Made by a program: the position numbers and the translations under genes. Source: Fibrobacteria bacterium (GTDB lineage Bacteria > Fibrobacterota > Fibrobacteria > UBA11236 > JADFYW01). From it: a DNA stretch of 64,000 nucleotides. The stretch is taken from NCBI GenBank assembly GCA_050294405.1, contig JBNKOC010000012.1:480001-544000 (forward strand). The letters are read 5' to 3'. Shown piece after piece: positions 1 through 11,700 of this stretch (position 1 is the stretch's first letter; each line of letters starts with the position of its first letter). The notes under the pieces were generated by a model that saw only the letters and a program-made list of their open reading frames with translations, was not told the DNA's origin and ran no database searches.

Positions 1-939
1 GCCGGAGCCCATTAATCCGGCTAACCCAATAATTTCTCCTGGGTAAATTTTTAAATTAATATTTCGCAAAGCTGTCTGATTGTTCCTTTTTCCCGGGTTT
101 AAGCATAAGTTCTTAGTTTCAAGAAATGGAATTGTATTTGCATCAATTTGCGGCGGGCTTGTTCGTGTCGGGAAGGCTTGGTTTAAAGGCTTTCCAATCA
201 TGGCCTGAATTATTTTTTCCGGCGCGAAATTTTCCCTGGAAAAGATATCCACCAGTTTCCCGTTTCGTAGAACATCAATGATATCTGCAATTTTGAAAAC
301 TTCATTTAGTTTATGGGTCACATACATAATAGATGTGCCCTGATCTTTTAATCTCAATACCAAATTCAATAAATTTTCAGTTTCCGGTTGGGAAAGGGCG
401 GAGGTGGGTTCGTCCAGAATTAACAATTTGCATTTTGTGCGAAGAGCTTTGGCTATTTCTACAATTTGCATTTGTCCTACGGCAAGCCCGGAAACCATAG
501 TAGTGGGTAACAGCTGGGGTTGGTTTAATCTGTTTAAAAGTTGCAATGTTTCGAAATACATTTTTTCAAAATCAAGGCTTATCCCTTTTTTTATTTCGCA
601 GCCTAAAAAAATATTCTCCATTATGTTCATGTCAGGCACCAGGGATAATTCCTGGTGTATAATGGATATGCCGGCGTCAAGGGCATCCTTGGTTTGGTGG
701 AATGGATTTAATTTATTTTCAAATATTAAATCGCCACCGTAACTGCCTTTTGGCCAAATGCCTGCGATAATTTTAATTAGCGTGGATTTTCCTGCGCCAT
801 TTTCACCGCAGAGGCCGTGAACTTCTCCGGGTTTTATTTCCAGGCTGCAGTCTTCCAGAACTTTCAGCGCACCAAAAGATTTGGTCAGTTTTTGTATGCG
901 CAATAGTGAGTTGCCGTTATTTAGAAAGCTATTCTCCAA
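1..939 (-). CDS. xylG: Sugar (xylose-type) ABC transporter ATP-binding protein, partial (runs off the left edge)
   Basis: Manual reverse translation gives LRIQKLTKSFGALKVLEDCSLEIKPGEVHGLCGENGAGKSTLIKIIAGIWPKGSYGG (Walker A GENGAGKS). Lies directly downstream of the XylF-like gene. Start is TTG at 939 (overlapping the xylF stop) or at 903. Not in the ORF track because it is truncated. Confidence 0.85.
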   Translation of the reverse strand, partial: MENSFLNNGNSLLRIQKLTKSFGALKVLEDCSLEIKPGEVHGLCGENGAGKSTLIKIIAGIWPKGSYGGDLIFENKLNPFHQTKDALDAGISIIHQELSLVPDMNIMENIFLGCEIKKGISLDFEKMYFETLQLLNRLNQPQLLPTTMVSGLAVGQMQIVEIAKALRTKCKLLILDEPTSALSQPETENLLNLVLRLKDQGTSIMYVTHKLNEVFKIADIIDVLRNGKLVDIFSRENFAPEKIIQAMIGKPLNQAFPTRTSPPQIDANTIPFLETKNLCLNPGKRNNQTALRNINLKIYPGEIIGLAGLMGSG

Positions 940-1978
940 ATACATCCTTTTCGCTGTGGAATCCATCTTTTATTACCGTCTCTTTTAAATTTTCTTTTGT
1001 AACGGGGATGGGAGGGAGAAATAAGACAGGAACATCGAAAGGGCCGTTTTTAATGTTACTGTTAGGAGGGCTGAATGAGCCTTCTTTTATTTTTTTCACT
1101 GCCTCTGCGGCCGCAATTTCGGCCAGTTGCTTAATGGGCTTATATACAGTAACGGTTTGGAGCCCTTTGGCCACGTTTTGGCAAGCTTGCAAATCCGCAT
1201 CCTGGCCGGATACGGGAATTTTTCCAGCAAGGCCCTTGTCTTTAAGGGCGGCAATAGCTCCCGAGGCAGTTCCATCATTGCTGGCAATAATGGCGTCAAT
1301 TTTGTGCTTGGATAAGGCGTCGGCGGCAATTCTCTGTGCTTCGCTTCGCATCCATTTATCGCAATACTGGTTTACAACCACATTGATTTCTTTTTTGCCT
1401 ATGGCCTCTTTGATGATGTTCATATGGCCTTGATGTATCATATCAGAATTCTTGTCCCCTGGGTCGCCTTTTAAAATTAAATAGTTTCCTGAAGGCACTT
1501 TTTCCATAATGGCTTTAGCCTGGATTTCGCCAACCACAACGTTGTTAAATGACAAGTAAAGATCCACAGGGGCGTTTCCGATTAATCTATCATAGGAAAT
1601 TACCGGCACTTTGTACGTTTTCGCATTTTGAACAATGGGTCTGGCCGCGTCTGCATTTTTTGGGATAACCACCAGTAACTTAACCCCTTTGGCCAACAGG
1701 GCATCGCACTGTCTGAGCTGCGCATTTGGATCGCCGCCTGCATCTTGTACAATAACATCTGCGCCCAACTCTTTAGCCTTGGATACAAAATAATCCCGAT
1801 CTCTTTGCCAGCGTTCTTCTTTTAAATCGGCCATAGACAAACCGATCAAAATTTTATCTGATTCATTTGCTTGAGTTTCGCCGCTTTCCGATTTTTTTTC
1901 ATTACATCCCGATAAAGTGAATGCTACCAGGAGCAGGTTTGTTACTAACATAACCACATTTTTAATTTTCCAAAACAT
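929..1978 (-). CDS. xylF: D-xylose-type ABC transporter substrate-binding lipoprotein
   Basis: Lipobox TLSGC; XylF-like motifs EERWQRD, VISYDRLI, ASNDGTA, VSGQDAD, QTVTVYKP. Confidence 0.85.
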   Translation of the reverse strand: MFWKIKNVVMLVTNLLLVAFTLSGCNEKKSESGETQANESDKILIGLSMADLKEERWQRDRDYFVSKAKELGADVIVQDAGGDPNAQLRQCDALLAKGVKLLVVIPKNADAARPIVQNAKTYKVPVISYDRLIGNAPVDLYLSFNNVVVGEIQAKAIMEKVPSGNYLILKGDPGDKNSDMIHQGHMNIIKEAIGKKEINVVVNQYCDKWMRSEAQRIAADALSKHKIDAIIASNDGTASGAIAALKDKGLAGKIPVSGQDADLQACQNVAKGLQTVTVYKPIKQLAEIAAAEAVKKIKEGSFSPPNSNIKNGPFDVPVLFLPPIPVTKENLKETVIKDGFHSEKDVFGE

Positions 1979-2515
1979 TTATACCCCGAATTGTTTTTAA
2001 ATGGCAAAATCCCCATGCCAGTAGAATTTAAAGTTGTCCAATTAAAATTAATAAATATTGCTGGGAGATGAAAAGAATCCTCATTTCGTAGTTGATGTTT
2101 TTTTTCGCTCCATTATATGGCTCTTGGGGTGAACTTTTATTTTGGCTAGAGCAGGCGTTTAATTGCCAGGCTTTGATTATTGAATATGAATTAAATTTAA
2201 ACAGGCTGGAATTATAAGGATAGTGGAGTATGTTATGGAGAAAGAAGAAAGTAAGACTGGTGCCTTTTGAAGTACCCGTTAGTGAATGATGATTTTGTCT
2301 GGCTTTTATAATCCTCATGAATGATTAGAAGTTCTAAGTTTATTACTCAAAACGGGTGTCGAAAAAATTTACACTCATCTTAATAGAGGTTTTGCGCCTT
2401 AATTTTGCTAAGTTCCCCACAATTATTGGTCTAATCTTCCTGAATACATTTGAATAGGAATTTTAATTTGTTAACTTTTTGAGGTTAGAAGCTGAATTTT
2501 TGATTTGAGGGATTT

Positions 2516-3274
2516 ATGAAAATTTTTACAAAATTTTGCGGTGTTGCATTTGTCATGTCCTTGTGTGTTTCCACTCAAGCCAGCATTATTTTTGATGATT
2601 TATCTTCTCAAACAATTCTACGGGCTGATGACGCCTTAGGGGCTTATAACTCTTCCACGCAATCTTTGCTGAGTTCTTTCTCTGATACTTTAATAGATGG
2701 CGAAAACCTGAATTTAACTAGTCTTGTGGCAAATATTAGCGAATACGAAGCCAGTTTTGATATTGATATGTTTCATCGACGCAGTGCGGAATTAACCGCA
2801 ATTTCATTCAGCTCCGGGGCGCTTTATTTTGATGTGGATCAATTAACAGAGTACAGTTTGGCAGGGTACTACACCCAGGATGGGGCCAACGATTTTTACC
2901 AGTATGTGGTTTTGAAAAACATTTCAACTAATCAGATTTATTTTGAGGGTGGAGCGCAGGATTTGCTGGGAAATGAGAATTATTTCACTTTAGGTAATAT
3001 TAATAATAGCGATTACTATTCCGTGGTTACCGGAGATTTGTCAGGCTCACTGTCTGCTGGAAGCTACATGCTTGAATATCGTTACCATACTCAGAACCAT
3101 CCAGCTGGTGCCATTACTCGGCTCGATGCCGCAGCTCAGGGCGATTTGCATTTTACTTTAGCTCAGGCTCAAGGCCCAGGAACTGTTCCCGAACCCTTAT
3201 CCCTAGCCTTATTTGGAATGGGGAGCTTGGTATTTGGTTTTTTCGGATTCAAAAAAAAGTCAAATAAGGCTTAA
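2516..3274 (+). CDS. PEP-CTERM sorting-domain secreted protein
   Basis: Signal peptide; C-terminal VPEP, hydrophobic helix (LSLALFGMGSLVFGFFGF) and basic tail KKKSNKA; RBS GAGG. Confidence 0.9.
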   Translation: MKIFTKFCGVAFVMSLCVSTQASIIFDDLSSQTILRADDALGAYNSSTQSLLSSFSDTLIDGENLNLTSLVANISEYEASFDIDMFHRRSAELTAISFSSGALYFDVDQLTEYSLAGYYTQDGANDFYQYVVLKNISTNQIYFEGGAQDLLGNENYFTLGNINNSDYYSVVTGDLSGSLSAGSYMLEYRYHTQNHPAGAITRLDAAAQGDLHFTLAQAQGPGTVPEPLSLALFGMGSLVFGFFGFKKKSNKA

Positions 3275-3393
3275 ATCCCTTTAAAACCGGGGTATTTCCC
3301 AAACTTCCCAATTTTTTTTTGTGGCCCAATCGAAATTGGCGTGAAAAGCTTTGTAATAATTTATAGCTTTTTAATGTCAATAATCGAGCAGTC

Positions 3394-4197
3394 ATGAATA
3401 TTCGCTTTCTAATAGTATCTGCCTTGTTACCCTTCATTGTTTGGGGAAGTGGACTTCAGGAAAGTCCCAGGTTTGTGCAGTTTCCCTCTATGGATGGGGT
3501 TACCATAAGTGCGGATTACTATTCAATTTCTAACGATTCCTCCATGCCTTTAGCCATAATGTTTCATCAGGCAGGTTATTCCCGGGGGGAATATAAAAGT
3601 TCTGTGGGTTTATTTTTAAACAAAGGCTTTAATGCCCTGGTGGTAGACCTAAGATCAGGGAAAATGGTAAATGGAGTAGTCAACGAAACGCAAAAAGTAG
3701 CTTTACAAGCTGGAAAATCAACTCGCTATATTGATGCGCTTCAGGATATTGAAGCCTCCCTCATTTACGGGAGAAAAATATCCAGGGGCAAATTAATTAC
3801 AGTGGGTAGTTCTTACTCTGCCGGATTATTAATCCATATAGCCGGAAGTATTCCCGGGGTTATGGATGGGTTGTTGCTTTTTTCTCCAGGTGAATATTTT
3901 TTCAATCAAGGCAAAGCTTCTAACTGGGTTCAAAGTTCGGCAGCTAACATAAATATTCCGGTATTCGTTACCTCAAGCAAGCAGGAAACCTATTCCTGGC
4001 AAGATATTTTTGAAGCTATTCCCAGTTCAAAAAAATTATCCTTTGTTCCCAAATCCTCGGGCCAACATGGGGCACGAGTATTATGGAATGATTCGCCCTA
4101 TCGGGATGAGTATTGGGCCACCATAAGCCCTTTCTTGTCTCAATTTATGCAAGACGAGTCTCCTCCTGACCCTTCAGGAAGTATTAGCGTTAAATAA
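3394..4197 (+). CDS. Secreted alpha/beta-hydrolase fold protein
   Basis: Signal peptide; FHQAG oxyanion region, VDLRSG, nucleophile elbow VGSSYSA, C-terminal HG. Confidence 0.75.
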   Translation: MNIRFLIVSALLPFIVWGSGLQESPRFVQFPSMDGVTISADYYSISNDSSMPLAIMFHQAGYSRGEYKSSVGLFLNKGFNALVVDLRSGKMVNGVVNETQKVALQAGKSTRYIDALQDIEASLIYGRKISRGKLITVGSSYSAGLLIHIAGSIPGVMDGLLLFSPGEYFFNQGKASNWVQSSAANINIPVFVTSSKQETYSWQDIFEAIPSSKKLSFVPKSSGQHGARVLWNDSPYRDEYWATISPFLSQFMQDESPPDPSGSISVK

Positions 4198-4225
4198 AAT
4201 ACTTTAGGGATTGATATTCCATATA

Positions 4226-4315
4226 TTGACAAAACAAGTCAATTAATCACAATTTAAAACTTTCCGCATTGCTTTTTAGGCAAAAAATCGGGTTATTACC
4301 AGGCATGATTATTGA
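4226..4315 (+). promoter_or_regulatory. Putative sigma54 promoter (AGGCATGATTATTGA) with upstream regulator-binding motifs for the guanidine/urea operon
   Basis: GG(4302-3)-N10-GA, a -24/-12 variant. Upstream GCA-N10-GGCAAAAAA (4266-4287) and TTGAC-N7-GTCAA (4226-4242). The same layout recurs at 14253-14340. Confidence 0.55.
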
Positions 4316-4366
4316 TTATCCAGAAGTATTGGCTTTTGGATACAACACGAACCTGAGAGGAAATTC

Positions 4367-5326
4367 ATGAATTTAATTAGAAAAATTTTAATTACTGCTT
4401 TACTGGCTGGTGGAACTCTTTTACAAGCGGGACCTTTAAAAATTGGATACTCAGATTGGCCTGGATGGGTGGCTTGGGATATCGCTGTTCAGAAAGGTTG
4501 GTTCAAAGAGGCCGGGGTTGATGTAGAATTCATTTGGTTTGAGTATGTTCCTTCAATGGACGCTTTTGCTGCTGGAAAAGTAGATGCGGTAGCCATGACA
4601 AACGGTGATGCCTTGGTTACAGGTTCCACTGGAGCTCCGAGCGTGGCTATTTTAATTAACGATTACTCAAACGGAAATGACATGGTGGTAGCAAAGCCAG
4701 GTATAAAAAATGTAAAAGCTTTAAAAGGCAAAAAAATTGGAGTTGAGGTTGGGTTTGTTTCTCATCTATTATTACTCAATGCGCTTCAGGCAGGCGGTTT
4801 AAAAGAAAGCGATGTAACATTGGTTAATATGCCAACAGATCAAACTCCACAGGCTTTGGGTAGTGGCAGTGTAGATGCGATAGTGGCATGGCAGCCAAAT
4901 TCTGGCCAAGCTTTAAAGGCTCTACCTGGTTCTAAACCTATTTTCTCTTCCGCAAATGTTCCTGGAGTCATTTACGATGTATTGGCAGTTAATCCAAAAT
5001 CATTAGCTGAGAAAAAAGCAGAATGGAAAAAGGTTGTTTCTGTATGGTTTAAAATTGCAGATTTTTTGAAAGATGATAAAAACAAAGCAGAAGCATTAAA
5101 AATCATGTCTGCGAGAGTAGGCTTAACTCCTGCTGAATATGAGCCTCTGCTCAAGGGAACTTATTTTCTTGGGAAAAAAGGTAACGAAAAGTCTTTCAAA
5201 AAAGGTTCGGACTTATCTTCCATTTATCACAGCAATAAAGTTGTTGATGAATTCAATGTAAAATATGAAGTGTACAAAGCTCCTCTGAAAACAGAAGACT
5301 ATTTGAATCCTGAATTAATCAAGTAA
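4367..5326 (+). CDS. ABC transporter substrate-binding protein, urea-carboxylase-associated (probable guanidine-binding)
   Basis: [31 protein letters not shown] motifs typical of this SsuA/NMT1-like family; first gene of the carboxylase operon; RBS GAGAGG. Confidence 0.85.
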   Translation: MNLIRKILITALLAGGTLLQAGPLKIGYSDWPGWVAWDIAVQKGWFKEAGVDVEFIWFEYVPSMDAFAAGKVDAVAMTNGDALVTGSTGAPSVAILINDYSNGNDMVVAKPGIKNVKALKGKKIGVEVGFVSHLLLLNALQAGGLKESDVTLVNMPTDQTPQALGSGSVDAIVAWQPNSGQALKALPGSKPIFSSANVPGVIYDVLAVNPKSLAEKKAEWKKVVSVWFKIADFLKDDKNKAEALKIMSARVGLTPAEYEPLLKGTYFLGKKGNEKSFKKGSDLSSIYHSNKVVDEFNVKYEVYKAPLKTEDYLNPELIK

Positions 5327-5360
5327 TTGATTAATCAAATTTAACTAAGGATGCTGTAAA

Positions 5361-6398
5361 ATGAATAGCTGGTTTGCGGTTCGAAAGCCGCTTTCAAAAA
5401 CTCGCTCCGCTGGCTTGGCTATTCTATCTTTTATCCTTCCTTTGCTAATATGGTCAGCCTTCAGTTACTTTGAATTCCTATGGCATCCCTACATGGAGGT
5501 TACCAATGTGGGTGACAGCAATGTTGAGGGTGATTACGATTATATCACTCAGGGTATGTTAGTGGAAAAAAAAGTTTTCCAAGAACGTAATAAAACGCTT
5601 TTAGCAGCCGGGGCGCCTTCAGTTCAAGGGATAGCGCGAAATCCAATATACTTTCCCGCGCCCCATGAAGTTTTTAAAGCTTTTTATTATGCCTTTAAAA
5701 CAGAACCTCAACGTACGGGAGATCAATGGCTTCACTCTAGTCTATTACATAGTTTTCGGATTATTTTCCTGGGCTTTTTTTGGTCCGCCATTTTTGGGAT
5801 ACCCGTAGGGATATTATGTGGCACATTCTCTTTTTTTTCAAAGTTAATAGAGCCCTTTGTGGATTTTGTTCGTTACATGCCGGCTCCTGTGTTCGGGGCC
5901 TTGGCTGTTTCCATCCTTGGGTTAGATGATGGTCCGAAAATTACCATTATATTTATAGGCACATTTTTTCAAATGGTTTTGGTTGTGGCAACAACAACAT
6001 CAAAATTGGATGCCTCTTTATTAGAAGCCGGGCAAACTCTTGGAGCCCGAAATAAAGACCTAGTATTAAAAGTGGTTATACCAGGGATTTTGCCCAATTT
6101 ATATCGCGACATAAGAATTCTTATCGGATGGGCATGGACCTATTTGGTCGTGGCTGAATTGGTGGGTGCGAAATCCGGTATTTCAGCCTTTTTATATCAA
6201 TCGCAGCGCTATAAGCAATTTGATAATGTTTATGCCTCGATATTAATGATTGGAATTGTTGGGCTTATAACAGACCAAGTGTTAGCTTTTTTTGGCCGGA
6301 GGCTTTTCCCATGGGAAAGTGGCAAGCCTGCACTTTTCTCCAGGTCCATTAAAGCCATTCGTAAATTTGCGGACCCTGCAACAGTATGGGTGAAATAA
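5361..6398 (+). CDS. ABC transporter permease (SsuC/TauC-like)
   Basis: [16 protein letters not shown]-like [25 protein letters not shown]. Confidence 0.9.
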   Translation: MNSWFAVRKPLSKTRSAGLAILSFILPLLIWSAFSYFEFLWHPYMEVTNVGDSNVEGDYDYITQGMLVEKKVFQERNKTLLAAGAPSVQGIARNPIYFPAPHEVFKAFYYAFKTEPQRTGDQWLHSSLLHSFRIIFLGFFWSAIFGIPVGILCGTFSFFSKLIEPFVDFVRYMPAPVFGALAVSILGLDDGPKITIIFIGTFFQMVLVVATTTSKLDASLLEAGQTLGARNKDLVLKVVIPGILPNLYRDIRILIGWAWTYLVVAELVGAKSGISAFLYQSQRYKQFDNVYASILMIGIVGLITDQVLAFFGRRLFPWESGKPALFSRSIKAIRKFADPATVWVK

Positions 6399-7303
6399 TG
6401 AATAGCTTACATGGAATAAATTTACCTGATTATAAAATTCTTCCAGCTGATGTTGAATCCAGGTTTGAAAAAATTTTTCAACGCCCTAAACAACTGGAAG
6501 TGAAAAGTATTCACAAATCATTTGATTCTAAAAATGGAAAGGTAAAAGCACTGGATAATATTTCCTTTGATGTGCATCGCAGAGAATTTGTTTGTGTGAT
6601 AGGCCCCTCTGGATGCGGAAAATCCACCCTTATCCGTGTTTTGGCAGGCCTGGAACAACCTACAGAAGGAAAAGTTGTAGTAGGTGGTCAAGAAATTAAA
6701 GGACCAGGCAGCGATAGGGGAATGGTTTTCCAGGGTTATACCTTATTTCCCTGGCTAACTGTAAAGGGTAATGTTATGTTTGGTCCAAAAATCAAGGGGC
6801 GGGGAGGGGCGTCTCTGGATTCAGAAGCATTGCAGCTACTGGAAATGGTTGGTCTGGAAAAATTTGCCAACAGTTATCCTCATGAGTTATCTGGAGGCAT
6901 GAAGCAAAGGGTCGCTATTGCCAGGGCATTGGCCAACTATCCAAAGGTCCTTTTAATGGATGAGCCTTTTGGTGCATTGGATGCGCAAACACGATCTCAT
7001 ATGCAAATGCATTTAATGGAAATATGGAAAAATGTTGATGTTACTATTTTGTTTATTACTCATGATTTGGATGAAGCCATTTTGCTTGCTGATAGAATAA
7101 TAGTATTATCTGCTAACCCTGGTCGGGTGGCGGAAATAATTAAGGTGCCTATCATGCAACCCCGTAGCTCAGATGTTTTATTGAGTCCCGAATTTTTGGC
7201 CACTAAAAAAAGGTTAGACGAATGGATCCATCCAGGAGGCCATAAGGCAAAATTCGAAGTGCCAATAATGCGTATGACAAATATAGGGGATGATGTATAT
7301 TGA
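6398..7303 (+). CDS. ABC transporter ATP-binding protein (SsuB/TauB-like)
   Basis: [34 protein letters not shown] at 6398 overlaps the permease stop (TAATG); the ORF track start is 6386. Confidence 0.92.
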   Translation: MNSLHGINLPDYKILPADVESRFEKIFQRPKQLEVKSIHKSFDSKNGKVKALDNISFDVHRREFVCVIGPSGCGKSTLIRVLAGLEQPTEGKVVVGGQEIKGPGSDRGMVFQGYTLFPWLTVKGNVMFGPKIKGRGGASLDSEALQLLEMVGLEKFANSYPHELSGGMKQRVAIARALANYPKVLLMDEPFGALDAQTRSHMQMHLMEIWKNVDVTILFITHDLDEAILLADRIIVLSANPGRVAEIIKVPIMQPRSSDVLLSPEFLATKKRLDEWIHPGGHKAKFEVPIMRMTNIGDDVY

Positions 7304-7319
7304 ATTGTTATAAATAGGA

Positions 7320-8051
7320 ATGGGAATGACAGATATAATTTTAAGTGAAAGACTAAAACCAAATCAAACCTGGAGTTGGGTAGTAGAAAAAGGACTGAGT
7401 CTTCGGGTTACAGATGTTTCTGGAGATGGCAACCTTTCTATGTTGGTGTTTAACAACGATAATGTGTTGGAAAAATACAATATGCCCGATACTTTAAAGG
7501 CTCAGCACACGGCTCATTTAACTAAAGGCCATTGCATTTACAGTGATATGGGCCGTGTCTTGTTTTCAATTACAGAAGATTCTGTAGGATGGCACGATAC
7601 AATTTGCGGGGTTTTAAATAATGCGCAAACGGAAAAAAAATACGGGCCAAGCTCCTATCAGGAACTCCGCAACGACTACCATAGAAGTGGTCGCCAAAAT
7701 TTGTTGGTTGAAATGGGAAAGAATGGCCTTAATAAAAAAGATTTTGGCCCATGCTTAAATTTGTTTAGCAAAGTTTGGGTAGATGAAAAAGGTGGGATGA
7801 ATTTCTCCGAGCACAATTCAAAAGCAGGGTCCCAAATTATCCTCAAAGCAGAAATGAATTGTCTTATGGTGGTTTCCAACACGCCTCACCCTCTAAACCC
7901 ATCCCAAAAATGGGAAGCAGGCGAAATAATATTGGAAATTTTTAAATCTGAAAATGAGCTAGACAGTGAAATTTGCAGAACCCATTGTCCTGAAAATGAG
8001 AGGGGCTTTTTAAATAATCAAAGGTACTTCAGCACAAAGGTTCAACTATGA
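7320..8051 (+). CDS. cgdA: DUF1989 urea-carboxylase-associated protein 2 (carboxyguanidine deiminase subunit A-like)
   Basis: [54 protein letters not shown]. Confidence 0.8.
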   Translation: MGMTDIILSERLKPNQTWSWVVEKGLSLRVTDVSGDGNLSMLVFNNDNVLEKYNMPDTLKAQHTAHLTKGHCIYSDMGRVLFSITEDSVGWHDTICGVLNNAQTEKKYGPSSYQELRNDYHRSGRQNLLVEMGKNGLNKKDFGPCLNLFSKVWVDEKGGMNFSEHNSKAGSQIILKAEMNCLMVVSNTPHPLNPSQKWEAGEIILEIFKSENELDSEICRTHCPENERGFLNNQRYFSTKVQL

Positions 8052-8707
8052 CAACATTGAATTACATGGAAAGTTCATTAGAAGAAAAAAACGCAATTTA
8101 TAACGAAATCGTTCCAGCCGGGGAAGGTTGGAAACATATTGTAAAAAAAGGGCAGGTAATAAGAATTGTGGATTTAGAAGGTAACCAGGCCGCAGATACC
8201 TTGTTTTATAATGCACACGACCCCTCCGAACGTTATAGTTCTGTAGATACTATCAGGGAACAAAAAAATATTTACCTTACCACCGGGACCCAGCTAGTCA
8301 GCAGCGAGGGAAATCCTATGCTAACTATAGTAGCGGATACCTGCGGAAGACATGATACATTAGGAGGAGCCTGCGCGGCTGAGTCGAATACGGTTCGATA
8401 TTCACTGGATAAAAAACATATGCACGCCTGCCGGGATAGTTTTTTGTGGGTGATCATGAATTGGCAGGATGGACTAGGGAAAAGGGATATAACCAGTAAT
8501 ATTAATTTTTTTATGAATGTTCCTGTGACCCCAGAGGGAGGATTAACATTTGAAGACGGAGTTTCAAACCCGCTCAAATATGTGGAACTCAGGGCGGAAA
8601 TGGATGTGATGGCAGTGGTTTCAAACTGCCCTCAATTAAATAATCCATGTAATGCATACAATCCAACTCCTGTAAAAATGGTTATTTGGGATTCAATTTC
8701 CGTATGA
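8048..8707 (+). CDS. cgdB: DUF1989 urea-carboxylase-associated protein 1 (carboxyguanidine deiminase subunit B-like)
   Basis: [43 protein letters not shown]; 4-bp overlap with the upstream gene. Confidence 0.85.
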   Translation: MTTLNYMESSLEEKNAIYNEIVPAGEGWKHIVKKGQVIRIVDLEGNQAADTLFYNAHDPSERYSSVDTIREQKNIYLTTGTQLVSSEGNPMLTIVADTCGRHDTLGGACAAESNTVRYSLDKKHMHACRDSFLWVIMNWQDGLGKRDITSNINFFMNVPVTPEGGLTFEDGVSNPLKYVELRAEMDVMAVVSNCPQLNNPCNAYNPTPVKMVIWDSISV

Positions 8708-8715
8708 GTTTATAA

Positions 8716-11700
8716 ATGGACAAATTATTTTCAAAAGTTTTAATAGCAAATAGAGGAGAAATCGCCTGCCGCATAATAAAAACCCTTAAAAAGATGGGAA
8801 TAAAAAGCGCAGTCGTTTATAGTGATGCAGACAGGAATTCTCTTCCAACCCAACTAGCTGACGAAGCGATACATATCGGAAATTCTCCCAGCCATGAAAG
8901 TTATTTGGATTTTAACAAAATTATTTCTGTGGCTAAGAGCATATCTGCAGAGGCGATTCACCCAGGATATGGCTTTTTAAGTGAAAATGTTGAGTTCGCT
9001 AAAGCCTGTGAAATAAATGAAATATGCTTTATCGGCCCTACTCCCAGCCAGCTTAAAGATTTTGGTCTCAAACATGTATCAAAGGAAATTGCCAAAAAAG
9101 CCAACGTTCCTTTAATTCCCGGGACAGGGATATTGACTGAACTTTCGGAGGCTATTGAGTCTGCTGATTTCATTGGTTATCCGGTTATGCTGAAAAGTAG
9201 TGCGGGAGGTGGTGGAATAGGCATGCGGTTATGCCATAACAACTTTGAATTGGAAGAAAGCTGGGAAAAGGTCTTGCATTTGAGTAAAACCCACTTTGGA
9301 AGCGCAGAAGTGTTTCTTGAAAAATACATCGAAAAAGGAAGGCATATAGAAGTTCAGATTTTTGGCGACGGAAACGGAAAAATAATAACATTAGGAACCA
9401 GAGATTGCAGCGTCCAAAGGAGAAATCAAAAGGTTATAGAAGAGGCTCCTGCGCCAAATCTGGATGTGGATATTGAAAAAAATATTGTTGCCTCGGCTCA
9501 AAGCCTAGCAGAATTTGTGAAATACAAATCTGCCGGAACAGTTGAATTTATTTATGATATTACTAGTAGCCGACATTATTTTTTAGAAGTAAATACCCGT
9601 CTGCAGGTGGAACATGGGGTAACTGAAGAAGTCTATTCCGTAGATCTGGTAGAGTGGATGGTGCGCCAGGCAGCTGGCCCAAATTTTTTAAACAGCCAAA
9701 AGATTCCTGAACCTGATGGGCATGCAATGGAGTTCAGATGGTACGCGGAAAACCCTCTTAAAAATTTTATGCCTTGTGCGGGAAAAATCACGCGGCTTAA
9801 AATTCCCGAAGAAATACGTTGCGATAGCTGGGTGCAGGAAGGGCAAGAGGTGAGCACTTTTTATGATCCGCTCCTCGCTAAGTTAATCTCCAAAGGAAAA
9901 AACCGACAAGAAGCAATTTTACGTTTAAAATCCGCATTGGAAAAAAGCGAACTTCAAGGACTGTATTCAAACAAGGAATATGTAAGTAGTATATTATCTC
10001 ACCCGGATTTTATAGAAGCAAATGTGCACACCCAATGGGCAAACACCCATCATTGGAAAAGTAATGTTATTGAGGTATTGGAGGGCGGAGCGCAAACTAC
10101 GATTCAAGATTTTCCAGGTCGATTAGGATATTGGGAAGTTGGAGTGCCTCCTTCGGGGCCCATGGATAATCTGGCCTTTCAATTAGGTAATAGCTTGCTG
10201 AAAAATAACTCTGATGCCGCTGGATTGGAAATTACCCTTAAGGGCCCATCTCTAAAATTACATTCGAGTTGCGAATTTTGTCTTACCGGGTCCCAGCTTA
10301 ATGCCTTTTTAGAAAAAGCAGATGGAACAAAATTGGAATTACAAATGTATACCAGCTATCATGCGAATTCCGGAGATATTTTAAATTCAGGGTCTGTTAT
10401 TGGACCGGGGATGCGTGCTTACATTTTATTTAAAAATGGGCTGAATGTTTTTCCTTTCCTGGGGTCCTGTTCCACTTTTACTCTTGGCCAGTTTGGCGGG
10501 CTGGATGGAAAAATTTTAAAGCCCGGGGATATGTTGCCTATAATTCCTACAAAGGAACATAAAACATTTGTTTCAGAATCGATGCCCAAAAATCTGCAAC
10601 CTGAAATAACCAACGATTGGAAAATTGGTTGCATGATAGGGCCTCATTCCACTTCTGAATTCTTTTTGCAGGAGGATATTCAGAAAATATTAGAGGCTAA
10701 ATGGAAAGTCCATTTTAATTCCAACCGAACAGGTATTCGTCTCATTGGTCCCAAACCCACTTGGGCAAGAAAAGACGGCGGCGAAGCGGGGTTGCACCCT
10801 TCCAATATACATGATAACGCCTATGCTATCGGAACTATGGATTTTACCGGCGATATGCCGGTTCTGTTAGGCCCGGACGGCCCTAGTTTGGGTGGCTTTG
10901 TTTGCCCCTTAACTTGCATTCAATCGGAAGTTTGGAAGTTGGGCCAGTTAAAGCCAGGAGATAGCGTCCAATTTTACCTGGTTGGGGGGGCAGAAGCTAA
11001 CTCCCAATTAAAAAGTCAAAACGCATATATAACGAACTTCTTAAATAATCTACCATCAGCTATTTCTCTGTATAAGCCCGAAAACACGCTTCCAAGTCCC
11101 ATTTTAAAGGAGTATGTTAATAAAGATGGATTGCCCATAACAATCCGTCAAGCTGGAGATAGCTACATGCTTTTGGAAATTGGTGAGCTCCATTTGGATT
11201 TGGAATATAGGTTTAGAATTCAATGGATATGGAACGAATTGAAAAACAGGAGCATTGAGGGAATAACAGATTTGACTCCGGGTATTAGAAGTTTACAGAT
11301 ACATTACGATTCCTTTTTACTGCCACAGGAAAAAATCGTGGCCATTATTTCTGAATTGGAAACCAACACGCCTCCTGTAGAAGATATGACGGTTGAATCA
11401 AGGGTTGTGCACTTGCCCCTTTCCTGGAATGATGAAGCTATACACAAAATAATTGATAAATACATTAAAACAGTGAGAAGTGATGCGCCCTGGTGCCCGG
11501 ATAATATTGAGTTTATCCGAAGGGTAAATGGAATGCCCGATGTTGAATCAGTTAAAAATGCGATTTTCGATGCGTCTTATTTGGTTATGGGGTTGGGTGA
11601 TGTTTATTTGGGTGCGCCAGTAGCCACCCCTTTGGATCCCCGGCACCGCTTTGTCACCACAAAATATAACCCTGCCAGAACCTGGACTTTGGAAAATGTA

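Noticed and set aside
404..1788. Several short ORFs overlapping xylG/xylF
   Set aside because: Shadow or alternate-frame ORFs of well-supported genes; the same applies to most ORFs under 135 aa nested in long genes across the window.
2028..2318. 96-aa minus-strand ORF upstream of xylF
   Set aside because: No motif, no RBS, composition like AT-rich intergenic DNA.
4198..4366. Guanidine riboswitch expected upstream of the operon
   Set aside because: No recognisable class I-III conserved sequences or hairpins by eye; the single ACGA (~4347) is not in a stem-loop. A cmscan is needed to exclude it fully.
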